A stretch of 15,265 nucleotides of DNA from a virus (taxonomy: Duplodnaviria; Heunggongvirae; Uroviricota; Caudoviricetes): the IMG/VR virus record IMGVR_UViG_2526164632_000028, one strand, 5' to 3'. The notes under the pieces are model-generated. The model searched no databases. It saw nothing but the letters and a program-made list of their open reading frames with translations, and was not told where the DNA came from. Made by a program: the position numbers and the translations under genes. Of this stretch, positions 7,353 through 13,306 are shown piece by piece (position 1 is the stretch's first letter; each line of letters opens with the position of its first letter).

Positions 7353-8315
7353 ATGAGCAGCAAGCTTCATGGTCTTGTCTGGGAAGGGTGCGCCTTCACC
7401 GGCATGATCTTATCCAGGGTGGCGGTTATGGCCCGTCTTGCAGACTACAGCAATGACGAGGGCGTGTCATGGCCTGCCATTGAAACTATCCGGCGTCAGA
7501 TCGGTGCAAGAAGTGAATCCACAGTGAAATCGGCTATTGCAGAACTGGCGAAAGAGGGCTGGCTGACGAAGGAAGAGCGTAAGGTCGGTGGGCGTAATGT
7601 AAGCAATATCTATCGGCTTAATGTGGAAAAACTCGAAGCAGCTGCGGCGGCGGCGCGTGAGTCATATAAACCGAAAAGAAAAATTAGCCCGGCAAAAAAT
7701 GACCCGTTAACAGTTGACCCGTCAAATATTGACCCCTCAACGGTTGACCCGTCAAATTTTGATGGATCAACTGTTGATAAAAAACTGCCGATTAGGGGGG
7801 CGATGATTGACCCCGATCCGTCAGTATTAAAACCTGATCCGTCAGATAAAAGATCTTCTTGTCCGGACGCTTCGCAACCGGACCCGCAGACGGCTGAACA
7901 GGATTTTTTAACCCGACACCCTGACGCGGTTGTGTTCAGTGCGAAAAAACGCCAGTGGGGAAGTCAGGAAGATTTGGTGTGCGCACAGTGGATCTGGGGA
8001 CGAATCGTGAGTCTTTACGAGCAGGCGGCCAGCGATGATGGCGAGATCACTAGACCGAAAGAACCCAACTGGACAGCATGGGCCAATGACGTTCGCACAA
8101 TGCGGATGCTGGATGGCAGAACTCACAGACAAATTTGTGAAATGTTTGGGCGTCTCCAGCGGGATTCGTTCTGGGTAAAAAACATCATGAGTCCGGCAAA
8201 ACTCCGGGAAAAATGGGATGAACTGGTTATCCGCCTGGGGCGTTCGCCTGCGCAGCGTTGCGTGAATCACATTTCTGAACCGGACACTGAAATACCGCCG
8301 GGATTCAGGGGGTGA
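7353..8315 (+). CDS. replication initiator (O-like): N-terminal winged-helix DNA-binding domain, internal iteron-encoded DPxxV repeats, DnaT-like C-terminal domain
   Basis: ATG 7353 with GGGGG SD (tabulated ORF starts at GTG 7338). N-terminal ...SWPAIETIRRQIGARSESTVKSAIAELAKEGWL... C-terminus ...VNHISEPDTEIPPGFRG resembles the E. coli DnaT C-terminus (...SEPDSQIPPGFRG, from memory). Followed immediately by the DnaC-like gene. Confidence 0.8.
   Translation: MSSKLHGLVWEGCAFTGMILSRVAVMARLADYSNDEGVSWPAIETIRRQIGARSESTVKSAIAELAKEGWLTKEERKVGGRNVSNIYRLNVEKLEAAAAAARESYKPKRKISPAKNDPLTVDPSNIDPSTVDPSNFDGSTVDKKLPIRGAMIDPDPSVLKPDPSDKRSSCPDASQPDPQTAEQDFLTRHPDAVVFSAKKRQWGSQEDLVCAQWIWGRIVSLYEQAASDDGEITRPKEPNWTAWANDVRTMRMLDGRTHRQICEMFGRLQRDSFWVKNIMSPAKLREKWDELVIRLGRSPAQRCVNHISEPDTEIPPGFRG
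7699..7785. repeat. iteron array (putative replication origin) inside the initiator gene
   Basis: Six units with exact 15-bp period starting at 7699, 7714, 7729, 7744, 7759 and 7774; core TTGACCCGTCAA is itself palindromic (TTGAC/GTCAA). Followed by A-rich GATAAAAAACTG. Encodes the peptide repeat DPLTV-DPSNI-DPSTV-DPSNF-DGSTV. Confidence 0.6.
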
Positions 8316-8321
8316 CGTGTC

Positions 8322-9068
8322 ATGAAAAACATTGCGGCAGTTGGGGTTCTTGAACGTATTCGCAGACTTGCACCACAGGGGTCGGTTCCACCGTACCGGA
8401 CGGTGGAGGAGTGGCGGGAATGGCAACTTGCTGAAGGACGAAAACGCAGCGAGGAGATTAACCGCCAGAATCGCCAGTTGCGGGTGGAAAAAATCCTGAA
8501 TCGTTCGGGCATCCAGCCTCTGCACAGCAAATGCTCGTTTGCAAATTATCAGGTGCAGAACGACGGGCAAAAATACGCGCTGAGCCAGGCCAAATCCATA
8601 GCTGACGAACTGATGACCGGGTGCACGAATTTTGTGTTCAGCGGTAAAACCGGCACCGGGAAAAATCACCTTGCAGCGGCGATGGGCAACCGGCTGATGG
8701 TGAAGGGGCGCAGCGTGATTATCGTCACCGTGTCTGACGTCATGAGCGTGTTGCATGACAGCTACGACAACGGCAAATCCGGGGAAAAATTTTTACAGGA
8801 GCTTTGCGGGGTTGATTTGCTGGTCCTGGATGAAATAGGCGTTCAGCGGGAGACGAAAAACGAGCAGGTGGTATTGCACCAGATAATTGATCGCCGGACA
8901 GCATCACTGTGCAGTGTCGGGATGTTAACAAACCTGAATCATGCCGCAATGAGTACGCTTCTTGGTGAGAGGATTATGGACCGCATGACCATGAACGGTG
9001 GTCGATGGGTGACGTTTAACTGGGATAGCTGGCGTCCAAATGTCAGCAATATGAGGGTTGTGAAGTAA
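8322..9068 (+). CDS. dnaC: DnaC-like replicative helicase loader (AAA+ ATPase)
   Basis: 248-aa ORF. Walker A FSGKTGTGKNHLAAAMG and Walker B DLLVLDEIGVQ; collinear with E. coli DnaC from N-terminus (MKN...) to C-terminus (...WVTFNWDSWR). Start is 7 nt after the initiator stop. Confidence 0.9.
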   Translation: MKNIAAVGVLERIRRLAPQGSVPPYRTVEEWREWQLAEGRKRSEEINRQNRQLRVEKILNRSGIQPLHSKCSFANYQVQNDGQKYALSQAKSIADELMTGCTNFVFSGKTGTGKNHLAAAMGNRLMVKGRSVIIVTVSDVMSVLHDSYDNGKSGEKFLQELCGVDLLVLDEIGVQRETKNEQVVLHQIIDRRTASLCSVGMLTNLNHAAMSTLLGERIMDRMTMNGGRWVTFNWDSWRPNVSNMRVVK

Positions 9069-9089
9069 TTTTGTCCGGAGGAAATTTTA

Positions 9090-9860
9090 ATGGAAACCGT
9101 ATCTGACGCACTGAAAGCACTGAAAAAAGCCTCTTCACATGTGGTGGCAGCTCGCCTTGGAATCAGTCGTGAAGAGGCTGTCAACGAGCTGTGGGAACTC
9201 AAAAGAAATGGCGTCGTTGATAAAACTGGTCACACCTGGTTTCTGGCTGGCGAAGGTGAATCCCGGGTAACCGAAGAGCGGCCAGTAAAATCTGAAGCAC
9301 AGGATATGCTGACCGGGGAGGTCGAACAAAAAGTTACCGCAGACATGATGATTGAGTTTATCGGTCAGGATGGGGCTAAAACGTGTGAGGAACTGGCGGG
9401 TAAGTTCGGTGTCAGTACTCGCAAGGTTGCTTCCACGCTGGCGGTGGTAACCGCAACGGGGCGGCTGGCACGCGTTAATCAGAACGGTAAATTTCGTTAC
9501 TGCATGCCGGGCGATAATTTACCAGCAGAGCCGAAAGCCGCGCTGGTAACGGAAAGTGATGGTAAGGCCTTTCCTCAGCCAGCAGGTGCTGCGTTACCAG
9601 GCCGGGAAGCCGCAACACAGGAAGAAATTAAAACAGAAACTGTGGCGGACATTGTGCAGTCGTTGCCATCGTTTACCGAAACGCAAGCAGATGAGCTGAT
9701 TTTTCCGTCCCTGCGCAGGGCAAACCTGGCGCTGCGCAGGGCGAAAAGTGATGTTCAGAAGTGGGAGCGAGTCTGCGCCGCGCTGCGGGAGCTGAACAAG
9801 CACCGGGATATTGTTCGACAGATTACTGATTCTTCCCGCCGTGTTGTATCGGAAAAGTGA
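9090..9860 (+). CDS. hypothetical protein with two winged-helix-like repeats
   Basis: 256-aa ORF; ATG 9090 with SD GGAGG. Internal repeats AARLGISREEAVNELWELKRNGVVDKTGHTWFL and AGKFGVSTRKVASTLAVVTATGRLARVNQNGKFRYCM. No homology recognised. Confidence 0.65.
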   Translation: METVSDALKALKKASSHVVAARLGISREEAVNELWELKRNGVVDKTGHTWFLAGEGESRVTEERPVKSEAQDMLTGEVEQKVTADMMIEFIGQDGAKTCEELAGKFGVSTRKVASTLAVVTATGRLARVNQNGKFRYCMPGDNLPAEPKAALVTESDGKAFPQPAGAALPGREAATQEEIKTETVADIVQSLPSFTETQADELIFPSLRRANLALRRAKSDVQKWERVCAALRELNKHRDIVRQITDSSRRVVSEK

Positions 9861-9875
9861 TTGCCGGAGGCGCTT

Positions 9876-10298
9876 ATGGCAAAAGTATTTACACAAGAAG
9901 AGCGGGAAAAAATTAAAGGGCAGGTTGTTGAGCTAGTACGCCGGAGTGGGCGCGAGACGTTACGGCAACTGGAAGCCAAGACAGGTGCGACAAGATATCT
10001 GATGAGTGTTCTCGCCAGAGAGCTGGTTGCCAGTGGCGATGTATACAACTCTGGTTACGGGTTATTCCCGTCTGAACAGGCGCGTAAGGACTGGCAAAAC
10101 GCCCGCAAAAAACTCTCAAGGGCAAATCTGAAGAAACCATCTGTGGTTGATCCTGACCTTATCTGGCCATTACCAGACGGAGAAATACGCCGCTACGACA
10201 GGCGTCAAAACATAATCTGTAGCGAGTGCCGGAAGAGCGAAGCTATGCAGCGTGTACTGGCTTTCTATCAGGGTAATTTTCAGAAGGTGCTGTTGTGA
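9876..10298 (+). CDS. hypothetical protein with one winged-helix-like module related to the upstream gene
   Basis: ATG 9876 with SD GGAGG at 9866-9870 (tabulated ORF starts at TTG 9861). Motif VELVRRSGRETLRQLEAKTGATRYLMSVLARELVASGDV resembles the repeats in 9090-9860. C-terminal CSEC motif. Confidence 0.6.
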   Translation: MAKVFTQEEREKIKGQVVELVRRSGRETLRQLEAKTGATRYLMSVLARELVASGDVYNSGYGLFPSEQARKDWQNARKKLSRANLKKPSVVDPDLIWPLPDGEIRRYDRRQNIICSECRKSEAMQRVLAFYQGNFQKVLL

Positions 10299-10332
10299 GC
10301 CAAATTAACAATCGGAACTTCGTGAAGAGAAA

Positions 10333-10403
10333 GCATAATCCAAATCTGAATAATTAAGTTCAGCACTGTAAATAAAATTTAATCCTTAACTGGAGGTATA
10401 TCT
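10333..10403 (+). repeat. module-junction repeat, copy 1 (second copy at 11600-11668)
   Basis: AATCCAAATCTGAATAATTAAGTTCAGCACTGTAAATAAAATTTAATCCTTAACTGGAGGTATATCT versus AATCCAGAACTGAATAATTAAATTTAGCTCTGTTAAAAATTTAATCCTTAACCGGAGGGATTTCT, about 85% identical by eye. Copy 1 ends at the SD and ATG of ORF 10404. Confidence 0.55.
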
Positions 10404-10616
10404 ATGTCAAATACACAGAAAATTATTAACACTGAAAAATATAACGAGTGGGTGAAAAAATTCTCTGAGCAGATTTTTAAAATTACTGGCGACGAGAATG
10501 TGGCAAAAAATGAATTGGAACCGTGGACACCTGAAGGAAACGCACCAAATTATTGCTGGTGGGAGGTTGATCCGGTTGATGCTGCAAATGAAGCCATGAG
10601 TTACCACAACGATTAA
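10404..10616 (+). CDS. hypothetical small protein (70 aa), first gene of the cargo island
   Basis: ATG 10404 with SD GGAGG 7 nt upstream; MSNTQKIINTEKYNEWVKKFSEQIF...; AT-rich codon usage distinct from flanking modules. Confidence 0.55.
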   Translation: MSNTQKIINTEKYNEWVKKFSEQIFKITGDENVAKNELEPWTPEGNAPNYCWWEVDPVDAANEAMSYHND

Positions 10617-10621
10617 TGTCG

Positions 10622-10648
10622 GGAGGCCGCCCGAAAGGGCGGTAAGAA
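10622..10648 (+). promoter_or_regulatory. SD-plus-hairpin translation leader (GGAGG followed by a CCGCCC-GAAA-GGGCGG stem-loop) preceding ORF 10649
   Basis: GGAGG at 10622-10626; 6-bp GC stem with GAAA tetraloop at 10627-10642; ATG at 10649. No U-tract, so not a terminator. Near-identical 23-nt copy at 11686-11708. Confidence 0.5.
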
Positions 10649-10867
10649 ATGACTACATTATTCAGAAAAGAATATCCGCAAAAAAGTAGGGCGACAGAAT
10701 TTTTGTTTCTCATTCTGTTTATCGTATTGATGATACCGATATCCCCTCTAATTTTTGTCTGGGCAATCGGGAAAATAATTGAGCCAGTTACTGAATTGTA
10801 TAACGACGTGGTATGGGCGTCATTCAACACACTGCACAATAAAATTAATCCGTATAAGGAAAACTGA
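10649..10867 (+). CDS. hypothetical small membrane protein (72 aa, one predicted transmembrane helix)
   Basis: MTTLFRKEYPQKSRATEFLFLILFIVLMIPISPLIFVWAIGKII...; hydrophobic stretch of about 25 aa after a basic N-terminus; preceded by the SD-hairpin leader. Confidence 0.55.
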   Translation: MTTLFRKEYPQKSRATEFLFLILFIVLMIPISPLIFVWAIGKIIEPVTELYNDVVWASFNTLHNKINPYKEN

Positions 10868-10868
10868 T

Positions 10869-11132
10869 ATGGCAACTTTGACAAAAAAAGAACGGGCATG
10901 GTTGAACGAATTACAGGAAGTTCTTGATCGCTGTCCATCACCGAAAAAAATTGGCTTTTACACCATTGGCGATAAAAGCATTTACCTGTATGACCTACGC
11001 CGCATGGATGAAATCATGGAGGCTCTTGATAATCGTTCGTCGATGGATTGGTGTGTTGCTGTTCATGATATGAATGCAGGGTTTGATGAAAAGATTTTGT
11101 TCCCCTCATCAGTTGAAAGCACTGCGGGTTAA
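10869..11132 (+). CDS. hypothetical protein (87 aa)
   Basis: ATG 10869 one nt after the upstream stop, with SD AAGGAAAA; MATLTKKERAWLNELQEVLDRCPSPKKIGFYTIGDKSIYLYDLRRMDEIMEALD... Confidence 0.55.
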   Translation: MATLTKKERAWLNELQEVLDRCPSPKKIGFYTIGDKSIYLYDLRRMDEIMEALDNRSSMDWCVAVHDMNAGFDEKILFPSSVESTAG

Positions 11133-11142
11133 GGAGTAACAC

Positions 11143-11286
11143 ATGACCACTATTACCAAAGAACGTATTGAATTGTTCATTAAATTTTCAGGAGGCGGTA
11201 CTGTGAGTGAAATTAGCTATCAGGCTTCAATTACCGCTGGCATTCGCATCAAAGGAGAGGAGCATGGAAATAAAACCAGAGGATGA
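11143..11286 (+). CDS. hypothetical small protein (47 aa), overlapping the next gene
   Basis: ATG 11143 with strong SD AAGGAG 7 nt upstream; MTTITKERIELFIKFSGGGTVSEISYQASITAGIRIKGEEHGNKTRG. Overlaps ORF 11264 by 23 nt in a different frame. Confidence 0.4.
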   Translation: MTTITKERIELFIKFSGGGTVSEISYQASITAGIRIKGEEHGNKTRG

Positions 11287-11620
11287 GTTAAGCAATATCG
11301 TTTTATTTCCGGTAAAAGAGGATGACCCTCGTAATCAGGTTAATTTTCTTTATGAGCCATCGGAAAGACCATATTGTCATCACGCCTCTGTCCGGGTTGA
11401 CGAAAAAGAGCGTCAGGTCCGCTGTAAAATCTGCGGTGCAGTTGTGGAACCATTTGACTGGATGCTCTCTGTGGCGAAAAGAGAAACCAGACTGGCAGAT
11501 GATGTAAGGCTCTTGCGTCAGGAGGAGCGGGAAAGGCGAAAAAATATAGAAAAGCTAATTCAGATTGAGCGTAACGCGAAAGCGCGGATACGCAGGGCGA
11601 CAAAATCCAGAACTGAATAA
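11264..11620 (+). CDS. hypothetical zinc-finger-like protein with basic coiled-coil C-terminus (118 aa)
   Basis: ATG 11264 with SD AAGGAG (alternative GTG start at 11207). Motif YCHHASVRVDEKERQVRCKICG, then an Arg/Lys/Glu-rich tail LLRQEERERRKNIEKLIQIERNAKARIRRATKSRTE. Confidence 0.55.
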   Translation: MEIKPEDELSNIVLFPVKEDDPRNQVNFLYEPSERPYCHHASVRVDEKERQVRCKICGAVVEPFDWMLSVAKRETRLADDVRLLRQEERERRKNIEKLIQIERNAKARIRRATKSRTE

Positions 11621-11668
11621 TTAAATTTAGCTCTGTTAAAAATTTAATCCTTAACCGGAGGGATTTCT
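11600..11668 (+). repeat. module-junction repeat, copy 2
   Basis: See copy 1 at 10333-10403. Copy 2 begins within the last codons of ORF 11264-11620 and is followed by the second SD-hairpin leader. Confidence 0.55.
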
Positions 11669-11684
11669 GCACCCTCAGAACATC

Positions 11685-11713
11685 AGGAGGCCGCCCGAAA
11701 GGGCGGTAGTTAA
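11685..11713 (+). promoter_or_regulatory. SD-plus-hairpin translation leader, copy 2, preceding ORF 11714
   Basis: AGGAGG at 11685-11690; CCGCCC-GAAA-GGGCGG at 11691-11706; ATG at 11714. Confidence 0.5.
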
Positions 11714-11896
11714 ATGCGAAAGTTTAAAATAATTATTGAAACGGGAATAGCCGGTGGAGATTTCGAGGATGAATTCGAAGTGGATGATGATGCGACGCCT
11801 GATGAAATACATGACGAAGCAAAAGATATTTTCTTTAACTACTGCAATTACTCATATCACGAAATAAAAGACGAAGAGGAAGAACAAAATGGCTGA
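11714..11896 (+). CDS. hypothetical highly acidic small protein (60 aa)
   Basis: MRKFKIIIETGIAGGDFEDEFEVDDDATPDEIHDEAKDIFFNYCNYSYHEIKDEEEEQNG, Asp/Glu-rich; preceded by the SD-hairpin leader. Confidence 0.5.
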   Translation: MRKFKIIIETGIAGGDFEDEFEVDDDATPDEIHDEAKDIFFNYCNYSYHEIKDEEEEQNG

Positions 11897-12065
11897 TTTT
11901 GGTTCAACTAAATACAACGTCGGTTTTGAAGAATGGCATGAACTGTTAATGGACTATGCAGAGTTACGTGGTGGCAGTGCTGCTGATGCTGAAGCATGGC
12001 GTGATGATTATGAAGCAGGAAAAACTCCGGTCGAAGCATATTGTGATGAGTGGGGCGATGAATGA
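11889..12065 (+). CDS. hypothetical acidic small protein (58 aa)
   Basis: ATG 11889 lies 5 nt before the upstream stop (ATGGCTGA); MADFGSTKYNVGFEEWHELLMDYAELRGGSAADAEAWRDDYEAGKTPVEAYCDEWGDE. Confidence 0.5.
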   Translation: MADFGSTKYNVGFEEWHELLMDYAELRGGSAADAEAWRDDYEAGKTPVEAYCDEWGDE

Positions 12066-12377
12066 GCGAGGTTAATTATCAGGAAGGGCATGAAACGGCG
12101 GGGCAAGCAAAAACAGTGGCATGGCGATATCGCTACGTGAAAAAAAGGCGTTACGGACTTTCAGGGGAAGTAGTGGTCTGGTGACTGGAAATATGTACCG
12201 AAAAAAGAGGATTGTAACGACAGGCCGAACTATGAAATTCAGGCCTTATTCACTGCCCCGCCAGTCCCGGTTACATCAGAAGAACTGGTTAAAGCTGTGC
12301 ACTTTTATGAACAACTAAAATGCGAAAATCCACCAGCATCCGGAAACCTGATTACAGATTCCCAGATAAGGCAATGA
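12062..12377 (+). pseudogene. hypothetical gene apparently split by a +1 frameshift near 12174-12184
   Basis: ATG 12062 overlaps the upstream stop (ATGA); frame gives MSEVNYQEGHETAGQAKTVAWRYRYVKKRRYGLSGEVVVW then TGA at 12182-12184. The +1 frame is open from 12174 to 12377 with protein-like content (...DWKYVPKKEDCNDRPNYEIQALFTAPPVPVTSEELVKAVHFYEQLKCENPPASGNLITDSQIRQ) but no start codon. Confidence 0.35.
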
Positions 12378-12547
12378 GCTACCTGGCGCAGAACGGGCTG
12401 ATAAGTATGGGGAATGTTTTACGATGAATATTTAGACTAAAGAGTTTGTAACGCTATGTAAGTGATTTTTTCTGGTTTAGATATTTATATGTCCGGCTAA
12501 ATTGAGGTGTGTTTAAATGTTATTGCACATTGATTGTAGGGGGAATA

Positions 12548-12685
12548 ATGAAAAACGCATTGCAGTTTTTGTTTGTTGCGTTCTGGTTGTTCGCATCATG
12601 TATGCCCATCATCTTCACAGCAAGGTATATGGAAAAAGTTGATGTTTTGATATTAATGTTTGGACATATAAATGCCCTTTTTTAG
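12548..12685 (+). CDS. hypothetical 45-aa hydrophobic peptide (candidate small membrane protein or toxin)
   Basis: ATG 12548 with SD AGGGGG 5-8 nt upstream; MKNALQFLFVAFWLFASCMPIIFTARYMEKVDVLILMFGHINALF. Below the 60-aa cutoff of the ORF table. In an AT-rich intergenic stretch upstream of the hok locus. Confidence 0.4.
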   Translation: MKNALQFLFVAFWLFASCMPIIFTARYMEKVDVLILMFGHINALF

Positions 12686-12928
12686 GGGTGTTCATGGCGG
12701 TCATGTGCATTGAATACTGGCGGTAAATACAGCGAACGCCATTGGTTTAGTTGGATATTTACTGTGCCGGACAAAAACGGTTTGCGGGGAAATCTTAGTT
12801 AAGTAGAATGACTGCGGGTGCTTGAGGCTATCTGTCTCAGGCATGAACACCAAAAGGCAGATAGAGAAAAGCCCCAGTTAACATTACGCGTCCTGCAAGA
12901 CGCTTAACATTAATCTGAGGCCATATCT

Positions 12929-12988
12929 ATGCGACACATAGAGATTAGCCTCTTACGGACCGAAAGGTCAAGGAGAAGCAGGCTATGA
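12929..12988 (+). CDS. mok-like leader ORF coupled to hok (19 codons)
   Basis: ATG 12929 with SD GAGG 9 nt upstream; MRHIEISLLRTERSRRSRL; its TGA (12986-12988) overlaps the hok ATG (12985-12987). Confidence 0.4.
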   Translation: MRHIEISLLRTERSRRSRL

Positions 12989-13140
12989 AGCAGCAAAAGG
13001 CGATGTTAATCGCCCTGATCGTCATCTGTTTAACCGTCATAGTGACGGCACTGGTAACGAGGAAAGACCTCTGCGAGGTACGAATCCGAACCGGCCAGAC
13101 GGAGGTCGCTGTCTTCACAGCTTACGAACCTGAGGAGTAA
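12985..13140 (+). CDS. hokD: Hok-family type I toxin (HokD/RelF-like)
   Basis: 51-aa ORF MKQQKAMLIALIVICLTVIVTALVTRKDLCEVRIRTGQTEVAVFTAYEPEE, recognised as Hok/Gef family. Followed by a 9-bp-stem GAAA hairpin (13148-13169) and a terminator. In Qin, hokD lies next to rem and ydfU, as here. Confidence 0.85.
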   Translation: MKQQKAMLIALIVICLTVIVTALVTRKDLCEVRIRTGQTEVAVFTAYEPEE

Positions 13141-13210
13141 GAGACCAGGCGAGGGAGAAATCCCTCGCCACCTCTGATGAGTCAGGCATCCTCAACGCAC
13201 CCGCACTTAA

Positions 13211-13234
13211 CCCGCTTCGGCGGGTTTTGTTTTT
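13211..13234 (+). terminator. rho-independent terminator of the hok transcript
   Basis: CCCGC-ttcg-GCGGG stem-loop followed by TTTTGTTTTT. Confidence 0.65.
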
Positions 13235-13306
13235 CCTGGCATTCTGGTTTACAATTCGCACGTCAGCCTGAACACCTGACACCTGCTGCGCCAGCAGAGA
13301 AAACAG

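Noticed and set aside
6829-7370. Minus-strand ORFs 6829-7101, 6860-7045 and 6987-7370, and plus-strand ORF 7032-7238
   Set aside because: They are antisense or out of frame to the cro-like and CII/YdaT-like genes, with Arg/Ser/Pro-rich translations typical of non-coding frames.
7699-7785. Possibility that the 15-bp periodic repeats are a CRISPR array or other non-coding repeat
   Set aside because: Period far too short for CRISPR, no spacer diversity, and they lie inside an open reading frame encoding a matching peptide repeat; the iteron/origin interpretation fits better.
7908-8756. 282-aa minus-strand ORF spanning the initiator and DnaC-like genes
   Set aside because: Antisense to two genes with clear motifs (DnaT-like C-terminus, Walker A/B); His/Arg/Pro-rich translation with no recognisable features.
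10627-10642. GC-rich GAAA hairpins (also 11691-11706) as intrinsic terminators
   Set aside because: No downstream U-tract and a start codon follows within 8 nt; interpreted instead as translation-leader structures.
12121-12318. 65-aa plus-strand ORF
   Set aside because: No RBS and an Arg/Lys-rich low-complexity translation; the alternative frame over the same DNA is protein-like, so this frame is treated as an artefact of the frameshifted gene.
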